Below are positions 45,267 to 54,734 of a stretch of DNA of 64,000 nucleotides, piece after piece (positions within the stretch are counted from its first letter, which is position 1; each line of letters begins with the position of its first letter). Under the pieces are notes generated by a model, which searched no databases, was not told where the DNA came from, and saw only the letters and a program-made list of their open reading frames with translations. The position numbers were made by a program, and so were the translations under genes. Origin of the DNA: a virus; the IMG/VR virus record IMGVR_UViG_3300018931_000001, positions 7,014 to 71,013 of that record; one strand, given 5' to 3'.

Positions 45267-46190
45267 ATGAAAACTCTCTTTAAAATTGGCGATGAAATTA
45301 GCTGGGATTCTTCCGTAGGGATGGTCAGTGGAATTATTGAGCGAGTCGTTCTAGATGGATTGATTCCTAAAATTGGCATAGATATCGCAACAACCAAAAC
45401 CAATCCGGGTTATTTGATTAAACTAGCCAACAGGCAAGATGATGTTTTCGTGGGTAAATTACACTCGGATTTGCGAGAACCAAAAACTGAAGTTGCAGTA
45501 ACGGAAGTTGCACCCGATAGACCTGATACGTTGCCTTATTTGACCAAACAGCAACTGGCTAAATTAAACAAGTTTAGGCCGTCTGGTTTCCCGTTGATAT
45601 CAGACGAAAGCATGGTAGCAATTTCTTTCGTCGTTGCTGACAACTTGATTAACCGAAGCAAAGGTAAGTGGGCAGAAAAAGATTTGGCAAAAATGGCAAC
45701 TATGCTCGACCGCATGGGACTACCTCACATCTTGAACCACAACTGGGAATCTGTGGAAGATGTGCAAGGGGTAATTATTGAAGCTAATTTGGTAAAGTCT
45801 AAGCCACCAGCCGAACTTGTAGACGCGCTGCAAAACGGCGAATTAAACCGCCAAATTGTCAAGAATGAAGAGTTTGTGCAAGTCGTCGCAACCGTTGCTT
45901 TTCCCGCTAATTCTGGGATTGTTGATAAGCTTAAAATAGGGCTTGGTCGAGCGGTATCGTTGGGCGGGTTCTCGTTTAAGGATTACGTCTGCCCAATATG
46001 TAACACCAGTTTTTCGTTCAAAAATTGCCCACACTACATTCCAGATAGTTGGACAGAATGGGACGCTGATCCGGCGCTGGTTGCGCCTTACTATATCCGC
46101 GACGGGCTTTATGACCTAGGAGAATTGTCAACTGTAGTTATTGCAAATCTGCCGGGAGCTTCATTGGTGACGGCCGGGAACGGCGCTTAA
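45267..46190 (+). CDS. Prohead protease with N-terminal Tudor-like (DUF2945-like) domain
   Basis: FKIGDEISWDS; ILNHNW, AVSLGG, CPIC..CPH, ELSTV...NLPGA. Confidence 0.8.
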   Translation: MKTLFKIGDEISWDSSVGMVSGIIERVVLDGLIPKIGIDIATTKTNPGYLIKLANRQDDVFVGKLHSDLREPKTEVAVTEVAPDRPDTLPYLTKQQLAKLNKFRPSGFPLISDESMVAISFVVADNLINRSKGKWAEKDLAKMATMLDRMGLPHILNHNWESVEDVQGVIIEANLVKSKPPAELVDALQNGELNRQIVKNEEFVQVVATVAFPANSGIVDKLKIGLGRAVSLGGFSFKDYVCPICNTSFSFKNCPHYIPDSWTEWDADPALVAPYYIRDGLYDLGELSTVVIANLPGASLVTAGNGA

Positions 46191-46439
46191 CATTAATGAG
46201 GCTGGGCTAACATCTAAAGCTTTAGCCCAAATAAAAAGGTCGGAATATTTCAACTCTTGACCGTTCGTTTCAACTCGGCTAACTGTCTTTCGAGATTTGC
46301 CAACAAGTTTGGCGAAAGTTTTTTGAGGGAGTTGCTTTCTTTCACGTAAGATTTTTATTTTTTCGCCTAACGTTAACAACGTTAAGTCTGTACCATCTGT
46401 TTTGGTCATAAAACAACCTTTTGCCCATATATTGACCAT
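46161..46439 (-). CDS. XRE HTH regulator antisense within the head module (likely start 46409)
   Basis: LGEKIKILRERKQLPQKTFAKLVGKSRKTVSRVETNG. Confidence 0.88.
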   Translation of the reverse strand: MVNIWAKGCFMTKTDGTDLTLLTLGEKIKILRERKQLPQKTFAKLVGKSRKTVSRVETNGQELKYSDLFIWAKALDVSPASLMLSAVPGRHQ

Positions 46440-46496
46440 CAGTAGTATAGCACAATTAAAACTTTGATAAGTTGGTCATAGTATCCTGGTAAACCA

Positions 46497-48413
46497 ATGC
46501 CAACAAAGTCAAAACCTAAAATAATTGGCAGCGATGCAGTCGCAGGTGTTAATGAACGCGACGCGATTAATCGGATTAATGCTACAAAAAAGAATAAGTC
46601 TGGAAACAACTTTAACTCGGACGGTGCGGTTCCAGCAGAGCAGTTGCCACCTCTGTCTAATGTGACTGGCTCTGACTCTGTTACTGAACCAGCACCTTCC
46701 CAATCTGCACCAGCTCCTCAATCTTCAACTGCCACTGCTCCGACTCAGGCAGCAATGACTTTTAACGAAGATGGCAGCATGACTCTTACGGAGTCTCAAT
46801 TGCAAATACTGATTGATAGTGGTGTGCGACGAGAGACCCATCAAACCCAAGCTCAATTACAACAAGCAGCCGATCAGATTGCTCAACTAAGACAACAACA
46901 AGACGCTATTGAAGAGCGCGCAAAAAAAGAAAGAGAAGATCTTGAAAAGCAGGTTGAGAGCGAGCGCAAACAGCGTGACACATGGGCTAGGGTTTTAAAC
47001 CAACACGGCTATCCACCTGTTGACATGGGTGGAACCGATCGCGCCCCTCTTCCCTCCCAAGCTTTTATCTCTCCGCTGGCTAACCGAGGTGGCATTTCTG
47101 CCAAGGATGCGGTTCGGGAATTCGAGCGCCGATGTAATGACGCTGGCACAACTGAAGCTCGACTGATTACCACGTCTACAGGCAGTTATGTCCAGCGCAA
47201 TTCGCGATATACCGATCAGTTTTTTGTTGAACATCGTAAGGTGTTGCGCGAAGGTATTGACGCGATCGCCCGCCAGCACGGATTGCTGCGAGGTCGGAAT
47301 CAAGTCTGGGGCGGGAAGGATGCGCCAACAACTTTTGCTAATTTCCCGATCGTGCTTCGCGAATATCTCAGTCAAGTTGTGCGGATTGAGCACAGTGCCC
47401 GATTTGTCTTGTGGCAGTTTTGTAACAAGGCGATTCACACTGGCATTCCCATCAACCAAACGGTTTTGGTTCCCCGCGTCCGTCACCTTAACGTCGGTGT
47501 AACTTCTTCTGATTGGAGGCTGACTCCTGGTATCCCGATCGTCCCAACGCGCCAAAACCTAAACGGCAACGGCATCTCTGTTCCGATTTTGGAATGGGGT
47601 ATGGGTAAAGATGCCGTTGTTGAGCCACTAGGAATTCACGAATTAGTTAATGCTGTCACCATTATTGATATTGAGCGATTGGTTCAGGAACGAATCGGCT
47701 ACAACTACGGGATGTGGGAAGATTTGCTGCTGTTTGAAATCTTGCTCAGTTCAACAGTCGTCAGCTACAACAACAACGGCACAGTTGTTAATACTGCCGC
47801 TGGAGTTCCGGCAGGTGGTGGCGGTCAGCTAACAATGAATTTTTTCGGGTCGCTGCGAGCTCGAATGGTCAACGACAAAGTGCCACCTCTTGACGACGGC
47901 TGCTTTATCTTTGTCGGCACTCCCGACCATTTCGCATCTCTAGAAAACGACATGGCTGAGAAATCCCAGTATGCGGATAACTCCCAAGTTGAAGGCTTGA
48001 CCAATATGCTGCAACTGAAAACCCGCCAAGAGTACATGGGTAAGGTTAACGGTTACAAGGGTCGGGTTCGTGGATTTCATTGTTTTGAGTCTACTAATAT
48101 CAGTTCTGGCTTGCCTGGTTCTCCCGGTGTTCAGACTGAGACTTTGGGCGGCAATCCTGTTACGACTCGATCGGGTTTTGCCCTCGGCGCTGATGCGTTA
48201 GGCATGGCTGAATCTATGCCGATGGAAATTCGGGAGTCTGACGATACCGACTTTGGACGGATGCGATCGCTGATTTGGAAAATCCATGCAAACGCAACTG
48301 GTCTGGATGTTGACCCAAATCGCACTCTACTGCCGAACGAGGTGGCTCGCGCTGTCGGTGGTGAGGAACAGCTTAGGGTTTACGAAGTCCGATCATCCAC
48401 AACAAAGGTCTAA
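46497..48413 (+). CDS. Major capsid protein with fused N-terminal scaffold
   Basis: 638 aa; low-complexity and coiled-coil N-third; position after the protease; TDFGRMRSLIW. Confidence 0.85.
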   Translation: MPTKSKPKIIGSDAVAGVNERDAINRINATKKNKSGNNFNSDGAVPAEQLPPLSNVTGSDSVTEPAPSQSAPAPQSSTATAPTQAAMTFNEDGSMTLTESQLQILIDSGVRRETHQTQAQLQQAADQIAQLRQQQDAIEERAKKEREDLEKQVESERKQRDTWARVLNQHGYPPVDMGGTDRAPLPSQAFISPLANRGGISAKDAVREFERRCNDAGTTEARLITTSTGSYVQRNSRYTDQFFVEHRKVLREGIDAIARQHGLLRGRNQVWGGKDAPTTFANFPIVLREYLSQVVRIEHSARFVLWQFCNKAIHTGIPINQTVLVPRVRHLNVGVTSSDWRLTPGIPIVPTRQNLNGNGISVPILEWGMGKDAVVEPLGIHELVNAVTIIDIERLVQERIGYNYGMWEDLLLFEILLSSTVVSYNNNGTVVNTAAGVPAGGGGQLTMNFFGSLRARMVNDKVPPLDDGCFIFVGTPDHFASLENDMAEKSQYADNSQVEGLTNMLQLKTRQEYMGKVNGYKGRVRGFHCFESTNISSGLPGSPGVQTETLGGNPVTTRSGFALGADALGMAESMPMEIRESDDTDFGRMRSLIWKIHANATGLDVDPNRTLLPNEVARAVGGEEQLRVYEVRSSTTKV

Positions 48414-48417
48414 TAGT

Positions 48418-48723
48418 ATGCCTTCAAGTTCCGCGCCTTCACCTCCTCCTAGTCCTGAGAATCCTTTGTCTCCAGAGACATTAGAGACGCCTGATCCGGC
48501 TCCGCTAAAACCAAAAGTGGAGGCGGGTGTGAAAAAACCGAGTGATGCCTCAAAAGTAACTGCGCCGTCAGGTAAAGCTGATTATGCGTCAGACTATTTC
48601 AAAATGTTGGGTTTGCAAGTTTGCCCTAAATGTGGCAATAAAAAGCAAACCGATGGCTACAACAATGTGATTTGTGGAATAGGTGAATCCAGTTGTCCAA
48701 TGATTGAGGAGTTTAAAAAATAA
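48418..48723 (+). CDS. Pro-rich protein with C-terminal Zn ribbon
   Basis: ATG 48418; CPKCG...C...CP. Confidence 0.7.
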   Translation: MPSSSAPSPPPSPENPLSPETLETPDPAPLKPKVEAGVKKPSDASKVTAPSGKADYASDYFKMLGLQVCPKCGNKKQTDGYNNVICGIGESSCPMIEEFKK

Positions 48724-49529
48724 TGGCAACTGGACATCTGACAAACACTGGTTCAAATATTTACTTAAACCATCTGTTTCGGGGACAACAGAAAAACAAT
48801 GGTACACCCTATCTTGCGCCATTTTTAACCATGCCCTCAAAACAGGGTCCCGGTTCAGAGCCGACAGGTGCAACCAGGATTTTAATGACCCCTCAAGACT
48901 GGCAAGCACCCGTTGGTGGTTCAACAACAACTATTAAAAACTTGGTTTTTCCAAGGTCTACCGGATGGAACGGCAACATCATTGCTCTCGGAGTTTTTGA
49001 CAGCGCTAGCGGTGGCAGTTGCTTTGCTTATTTCATCCCGGACGATGGAGAATTAATTGAAGTTAATGATTCTCTGATTGTGCTGGCGGGTGGGCTATTG
49101 CACAGGTTTGATTCTGGGTTTATGTCGTTAAACTTACAAAATGCAATTCTTAATGACTTGTACCGCAGTATCCCATTACCCCTGTTTCCCACGCTCTCAG
49201 TGGCTCATTACAGTAGCGCACCTGCCCCCATGGTTTCACCAACGATCGGAGGTACAGAACCGACAGACAGCGCATACAGTCGCCAACCCGTAGCTATTAA
49301 CGGGACAGCATTTGGCGCGGCGACAAGTGGCAAAATTTCAACTATTATTCCTTTTTCGTTTGCTCCTGCGACAGTCGCCCAAGGGTTGCGAACTCACTGG
49401 GGTTTGCATGATGCGCCCACTGCTGGAAACTTTCAAGTCGGTGGTGTTTTTGATGCTCCGCTAAAGACAGTAGATGCTGGTGATCCATTTACGTTGACTA
49501 AAATCACGATCGGGCTGGATGCTGCGTAA
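48723..49529 (+). CDS. Virion structural protein with an internally duplicated beta domain
   Basis: G.EPT...R / FP..T / G.FD..SGG in the first half; GTEPT..YSRQ / FAPAT / WGLHDAPTAGN in the second. Confidence 0.75.
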   Translation: MATGHLTNTGSNIYLNHLFRGQQKNNGTPYLAPFLTMPSKQGPGSEPTGATRILMTPQDWQAPVGGSTTTIKNLVFPRSTGWNGNIIALGVFDSASGGSCFAYFIPDDGELIEVNDSLIVLAGGLLHRFDSGFMSLNLQNAILNDLYRSIPLPLFPTLSVAHYSSAPAPMVSPTIGGTEPTDSAYSRQPVAINGTAFGAATSGKISTIIPFSFAPATVAQGLRTHWGLHDAPTAGNFQVGGVFDAPLKTVDAGDPFTLTKITIGLDAA

Positions 49530-50185
49530 TGCCTACCCAATTCGCAACAGCGACGGCAACAGCCACAACACTTACAGAAGCAGACGAGGTGCTAATAGTC
49601 CGAAATCGTCATGCAGTTGCTAGTGGATTTGTAGTGACTAACGCGATCGCATTGTCACTAGGTCGAGATAGAAATGTGCTTGGTATGACTACAAGCACTG
49701 CTGTTACTGGTTCCGCTACTGCAATTAGAGAGCGGGTTGTTGACGCGATCGGGCTGCAATCAACTCAAACCGTTTGCGACAAAATTGCTTCAATGCCTGC
49801 GGTCATCGCTCCAGGAGGTAAGCTTTGGCTCAATGGAAAACCGTTACAAGGTCAGCCATTGCAAAAAGGCCAATCCTTGCAAATTAGGTTTGAATTACTA
49901 GGGCGCAAGCTATCAAACCTTAAAGCAAGGTTTAAGTTGTTTAACTTGCAAGGCTTAGAACTGATTGACAAGCTCGAAAATATCGCCCCCGGCGGTTTAG
50001 AGGTTGACTTGGAAACTGTGCAGCCCGGAGGTTTGACGAGTTACATCGGTTACATTTTTATCGATCGAACAGAAACTTTGTTTGCCCAATTTGCTCGCGA
50101 GTTTGAAACTGAGTACGAATTTGAAATCGGCAACTCTAGAATCAATTATCCGATCGAACGCGGTTTTTTAACTTTTAACGGATAG
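49529..50185 (+). CDS. Virion structural protein
   Basis: Coupled ORF in the late operon. Confidence 0.65.
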   Translation: MPTQFATATATATTLTEADEVLIVRNRHAVASGFVVTNAIALSLGRDRNVLGMTTSTAVTGSATAIRERVVDAIGLQSTQTVCDKIASMPAVIAPGGKLWLNGKPLQGQPLQKGQSLQIRFELLGRKLSNLKARFKLFNLQGLELIDKLENIAPGGLEVDLETVQPGGLTSYIGYIFIDRTETLFAQFAREFETEYEFEIGNSRINYPIERGFLTFNG

Positions 50186-50190
50186 TAATT

Positions 50191-50631
50191 ATGGCAAACT
50201 CGCTTTACATAGATATGCGTTACGAAAGTAACAATATGAAATTCGATGGAGTTGAGCAGCCTGTTTTTGTTCGATCGGATAGCGTGGTTGTTGTGGGGCC
50301 GATCGCTGGTGCTAACTTAACCGGGTTGACCGTTAAAGCTTCTGTCTGCAAAGTGTTGCCTGATGGTTCCATTAGTCCGCCTATTTATGCTCGGACTGTC
50401 GGCAGTGGCGTTACTCTCAGCACGTTAAATTCCAGCGAAAAAAAAGCAGCCATAGTTTTGATACAGTCAGGAGAGAATGCTGCCGATGAACCAGGTCAAA
50501 AATACGTTGCCGATATTGAATTTAGTTACGATCAAGATTTTACGGTTGGTACGACAGTTGGAACCGCCACGCCAATGCGAAAAACAATCAAAGGAGGATT
50601 TAGTATTGAAGAAGATTATACGGTGATTTGA
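50191..50631 (+). CDS. Virion structural protein (beta-rich)
   Basis: Late operon position. Confidence 0.65.
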   Translation: MANSLYIDMRYESNNMKFDGVEQPVFVRSDSVVVVGPIAGANLTGLTVKASVCKVLPDGSISPPIYARTVGSGVTLSTLNSSEKKAAIVLIQSGENAADEPGQKYVADIEFSYDQDFTVGTTVGTATPMRKTIKGGFSIEEDYTVI

Positions 50632-50632
50632 T

Positions 50633-51025
50633 ATGGTTTCTGAACTTGCTGAGTACACTGACGGTAATAAAATATTCGTTTCAGTTGATACAGGTGAAAT
50701 TGAAAAAGACGAATGGGGTCAAACTCAACCAAAAAATAAAATTGTTGAAATTGAAGTTTTTCTTAAAGAATGTCGTGGCACCAATAATCAACCTGTGGTT
50801 TCTAAACCGGATAACAAGCAAGGTACAAACTCTATAAGAACTTATCTAAAAGGTTATTTGGTAAACCCTATGCAATGGCCAAAAAATATTCGACCAAGTG
50901 AATGTGAAGTTGAGTTTTATGGAAAAAGAGGGAAACTTCAGGTTTTATCTCAGTTTCCTAGAGGGTTTAATACTGAAGAACAGACAGGAGCAATTGTGGA
51001 AGGATGGGCAACGTTTCAAGCTTAA
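50633..51025 (+). CDS. Head closure/stopper-like protein
   Basis: Position; DEWGQ motif. Confidence 0.55.
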   Translation: MVSELAEYTDGNKIFVSVDTGEIEKDEWGQTQPKNKIVEIEVFLKECRGTNNQPVVSKPDNKQGTNSIRTYLKGYLVNPMQWPKNIRPSECEVEFYGKRGKLQVLSQFPRGFNTEEQTGAIVEGWATFQA

Positions 51026-51444
51026 ATGACGAAATTATTGCACTTAAGACGGCAATAGAAACGCTGACAGGATTGGGGACATATCTGTTCCCGACTGGTC
51101 AAAGTTTAAAAGCTGTTGCAGTAGCCAAACCAAACTTTCCACCAACAGGGACACAAACGCAGGGGTTAGAAATTGTAATTATTCCATCAGAAGAGTTAAC
51201 AGCGACGCCAATGCTTAATCAAGGAATGGGTTGGGTTCAATCACACAAGATAACTCTCAAGCAATGGGATAGCCAAGACACAACGTTAAAAATAATTGAG
51301 CCATTAGTCCAGTTATTAATGCACCTCGATTATTCAGTAAATGTCGGGTTAAGAATTGTTCCCAATCCCAATATTGGTAATATAGAAACTAGAAATCTGA
51401 CAATATCTAAAACTATCATAAACAGGAGGAAACATGGGAACTAG
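51004..51444 (+). CDS. Tail terminator-like protein
   Basis: Position before the tail tube; ITLKQWD. Confidence 0.55.
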   Translation: MGNVSSLNDEIIALKTAIETLTGLGTYLFPTGQSLKAVAVAKPNFPPTGTQTQGLEIVIIPSEELTATPMLNQGMGWVQSHKITLKQWDSQDTTLKIIEPLVQLLMHLDYSVNVGLRIVPNPNIGNIETRNLTISKTIINRRKHGN

Positions 51445-52147
51445 CTATCAAAACCGGGAGTTACAAAAAGGCTGGAAAACTTCAGTCTACTGCTGGAGAC
51501 AGAAAACCAAACCTGTGCTGCCATTTGCGCCTGCCACCCTGACACTGACAGCAGCGGCGACAGAAGGCGGAACAACGATGACCGTAACGGGCGCTCCGGC
51601 TACGGCGATCGAAAAAGGTAACGTTCTGCTCTTTGTTGACGCTGACGAGCTAGCGTATCTTGCTGAGGTAACGGCTAACAGTACAGGCGGAGCGCTAACT
51701 GTTCGGGCGTTAGCAGAAACTATTCCATCAGGTGCAACGGCGATGTGGCCGCCTGAATTGCTTGATCGGACTGATGCTGAAATTAGTCGAACGGTTGACA
51801 CCACTGACACCCAAACATTTAACACGGGTGGTAACAAACTAATTACGACAACTACCAGCAGTCGATCACTGAGTCTGCCCGGCCCTTATATGCTGAAAAA
51901 CGGCGGTTATTGGACGGCGTTCTTTTCAGCAGAAGAGAAAGTCGCGTTGTGGTTTGCCATTCAACACGAAGCGCCCGATCAAGACTTGGGGACTATTAAA
52001 GAAGCCCCATTTATTGCTAAGGGTTACGTCACGGACAACACGACATCGGCGGCTGCTGACGGATTTAGAATGGGCGACTTATCAGTCGATATTACGGGCG
52101 CACCAATTAGTGACTTCCGAGTAGTTGGAATCCCTAACGCAGCGTAA
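51434..52147 (+). CDS. Major tail tube protein
   Basis: Thr/Ala-rich; KGYVTD..TSAAADG...LSVDITGAP. Confidence 0.8.
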   Translation: MGTSYQNRELQKGWKTSVYCWRQKTKPVLPFAPATLTLTAAATEGGTTMTVTGAPATAIEKGNVLLFVDADELAYLAEVTANSTGGALTVRALAETIPSGATAMWPPELLDRTDAEISRTVDTTDTQTFNTGGNKLITTTTSSRSLSLPGPYMLKNGGYWTAFFSAEEKVALWFAIQHEAPDQDLGTIKEAPFIAKGYVTDNTTSAAADGFRMGDLSVDITGAPISDFRVVGIPNAA

Positions 52148-52155
52148 CTTGAGAA

Positions 52156-52380
52156 ATGACTAAAGTTGCATCTCTTCAAACTAAGGGTGTTTTTGCTTGC
52201 TGTTGCAACATTCACGATTACACAATCCATTGTGAAATGTTGGCAATCAGCGGAAATCAAGAGTCTGAAGCAAAGTTACTAGACGTAGAAACAGGTAAGC
52301 GGTATCCAGTTCGCTTGCCTGTTGGTGCTCACATACTATGGGATTACACTATGGAGAGAATTGTCGATGCTGCCATTTAA
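52156..52380 (+). CDS. Small hypothetical protein
   Basis: 74-aa ORF in the operon. Confidence 0.55.
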   Translation: MTKVASLQTKGVFACCCNIHDYTIHCEMLAISGNQESEAKLLDVETGKRYPVRLPVGAHILWDYTMERIVDAAI

Positions 52381-52909
52381 GACTACTGCCACGCAGCAGG
52401 GAGAAAATACGGCGCTGATTGAGGACGGCTTTGGTAACTCGATCGAAATTCCGAAATACGGATGTCTGACCTATAACGAGGAAAATGCCATAAGTCAATA
52501 CTATATGGGACTTAAAGATGGTGTTAGTAGAGTTGATGCACGATTATCAGAAATTACCATTTTGCTTCGTTCTAGGTTTAAACTGCCTGATTTGACAACC
52601 GATCAAGTTGCCGAGCAAGCCACAACAATGCCAATGATTGATTGCTTGTACGAATTTGTATTAGGTGAGCGCACTCGGTGGATACCCAAAGAGGTTTTAC
52701 TCGAACTGACTGGAGAGGTAGCTAAGGAAATGGCGATCGAAACAGCCCGCCAGTATAAAGGCATTGTCGCCGGACGCCCTGACCTTGAATTAGAAAAGCG
52801 CTGGGTCGTGTTCGCAAAGAAAGGGCCTTGGCTTGAAGGGTTTGAAATCCTTAAAGACTTTGCGGAAGATGAGCCGATGGGAAAGCCACTGACTCGAAAC
52901 CTCAACTAA
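52367..52909 (+). CDS. Tail assembly chaperone (gpG-like)
   Basis: After the tail tube; G GGA AAG slippery site near the 3' end. Confidence 0.8.
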   Translation: MLPFKTTATQQGENTALIEDGFGNSIEIPKYGCLTYNEENAISQYYMGLKDGVSRVDARLSEITILLRSRFKLPDLTTDQVAEQATTMPMIDCLYEFVLGERTRWIPKEVLLELTGEVAKEMAIETARQYKGIVAGRPDLELEKRWVVFAKKGPWLEGFEILKDFAEDEPMGKPLTRNLN

Positions 52910-53295
52910 TTGACTGGGAGAGTATTTACTGGAAATTGCGGTTAAATTATCCATCGGACGATCGATTTAATTCTGATAATTTTGCAGACCAACCTCTAGT
53001 AATTATTGAACAAGCTTTAGAGGCGATCGGCAAAAGAGAGATTGAATTAGGCAACCTAATAGCAACTCCAATCAGTAGAGCGATGTTGTACATCCTTTCT
53101 AGCAAAGGAGTTAAACGCCCCGAGCGTGAACTTAACTCGATCAATCCATACGCACAGGCAATAGAGAGTGAGATTGCTAAGAAAAAATACTCTAAAGAGT
53201 TTGCTCAGACTTTCCTTAAGTTGTTAAAAGACGGGAAAATACCACACTGGGTAGCTAGCGCGATTGATATCGAAACGATAAATTTAGCAAGGTAA
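52879..53295 (+). CDS. gpT-like extension reached by -1 frameshift
   Basis: The -1 frame is open from GGGAAAG: ATDSKPQLIDWESIYWKLRLNYPSDDRF... Confidence 0.8.
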   Translation, partial: GKATDSKPQLIDWESIYWKLRLNYPSDDRFNSDNFADQPLVIIEQALEAIGKREIELGNLIATPISRAMLYILSSKGVKRPERELNSINPYAQAIESEIAKKKYSKEFAQTFLKLLKDGKIPHWVASAIDIETINLAR

Positions 53296-53299
53296 CAAT

Positions 53300-53776
53300 A
53301 TGACAAGGAATTCCAAGATTGTGAGTGAAATAGCAGAACTTCAAGTAGCGAAAACTGAAAACACTACAGTGTTAAACTTTGTTTCTACTGCTGAAAAAAA
53401 ACAGGTTGAAATTGACGATGGCTTGGGCAACGTAGTAATTGTGCCAAGCAAAGGCGCTGCTGACTGCGTTGAGTACAACAAGGTCATGCAATTGCTGTAC
53501 CGCATGGAAAAAGACCCCACACAGGCTTTAGGAATGGAGGTTGACATAGTAATACTTTGCCTCCGCCACCGTTACAAACTTGCAAAAACTGTGACTGATG
53601 ACAGTGTTTTGTTGGACAAAGATGGCGATCCGGTACCCATATCACTTGTCAAAAAACTGTACGAGTTTTTTATGAAAGAACTCCAGCTCGAAAGAGTTTT
53701 AGACGCGCAAAAAACGGCTATTGAAGGGCGAAAATCCGTGATGCGGATGGAAGATGCTGCGCCTTATTTGGAATAA
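53300..53776 (+). CDS. Second tail assembly chaperone paralog
   Basis: IDDGLGN..IVP.KG / LRHRYKL / LYEFF versus IEDGFGN..IPKYG / LRSRFKL / LYEFV. Confidence 0.7.
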   Translation: MTRNSKIVSEIAELQVAKTENTTVLNFVSTAEKKQVEIDDGLGNVVIVPSKGAADCVEYNKVMQLLYRMEKDPTQALGMEVDIVILCLRHRYKLAKTVTDDSVLLDKDGDPVPISLVKKLYEFFMKELQLERVLDAQKTAIEGRKSVMRMEDAAPYLE

Positions 53777-53781
53777 AACTA

Positions 53782-53862
53782 ATGAAAGAACTTTTAAACT
53801 TTCCGTATCGATCACAACGCGACAATTATTACAATTCCAGCGATTCGTGCAACGTAATTTGA
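53782..53862 (+). pseudogene. 26-aa N-terminal stub of a C39-like peptidase
   Basis: MKELLNFPYRSQRDNYYNSSDSCNVI* aligns with TRYLSQQNNRLYRSGTCNT. Confidence 0.7.
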
Positions 53863-53874
53863 GAATACAACACA

Positions 53875-54696
53875 ATGGCAAGAGTATTTGTTCCAACCCG
53901 ATACCTATCTCAACAAAATAATCGGTTATATCGCTCAGGAACGTGCAACACCACTTCTATTGCAATGGGTATGGGTAATCACGGGGAACCATTGATTCGT
54001 CCTGACGGTACTCAGCTTGAAGATTACTTGACTCAATACTGTTTGGACAATGGCTTATCTCGGCATTCTCCAGGGGATTTGGAGGTTTTGGCGCAGAAGC
54101 ACGGATACAGGTTCCGATTTAGTGCTTATGCTACTTGGGAAGAGGTCAAAGCTTGGCTGCGTCAAGGGAAAATTTGTATAACTCATGGCTGGTTTACTGA
54201 TTTTGGTCATATTTTAGTAATTTGTGGCTACGACGAAGAAAAGCAGTGTTGGATTGTACACGACCCTTGGGGTGAATGGTATCCAGGTGGATACGACACT
54301 AGCGTTTCGGGTGAAGCGTTGGAGTATTCTTTTCGGATGATGTCACGATTGTGCGGGCCCGACGCAGAAAATCAACTCTGGATTCACTTCGTTAATGGTA
54401 AAAGTGAAGACAAGCGCGTTTGGAAGCCGGGAGAACTTGGAGGGTTGCGGCTTCAGGATATCTACGAGCGCAAGTTGTCGCTATCGTTGGGGGATGTAAA
54501 GAAAGATATAGGGTTGACCAAACAAGTACAGATTTGCCTTACTCGGTTCCCACAGTTTCAACCAGGAACACCAGATGGTAGTTGGGGCCCGGTAACTCAG
54601 AAAGCATTTGAGAATTTGGCTTTTAACTTTCAGGTTGACGCGAGGGTGATCGACTTTAAAACTGCAAAAATTCTGATTGAGGGTAAATATAGATAG
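53875..54696 (+). CDS. C39-like cysteine peptidase with C-terminal peptidoglycan-binding-like domain
   Basis: SQ..N...GTCNTTSIAM, GHILVICGYD, VHDPWG; PDGSWGPVTQKA. Confidence 0.88.
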   Translation: MARVFVPTRYLSQQNNRLYRSGTCNTTSIAMGMGNHGEPLIRPDGTQLEDYLTQYCLDNGLSRHSPGDLEVLAQKHGYRFRFSAYATWEEVKAWLRQGKICITHGWFTDFGHILVICGYDEEKQCWIVHDPWGEWYPGGYDTSVSGEALEYSFRMMSRLCGPDAENQLWIHFVNGKSEDKRVWKPGELGGLRLQDIYERKLSLSLGDVKKDIGLTKQVQICLTRFPQFQPGTPDGSWGPVTQKAFENLAFNFQVDARVIDFKTAKILIEGKYR

Positions 54697-54734
54697 TTTG
54701 TAATCTAAATTAGATTTAACTTAAGAATTAAAAT

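Noticed and set aside
46995-47555. 186-aa antisense ORF inside the capsid gene
   Set aside because: No motifs or RBS; a typical antisense shadow ORF.
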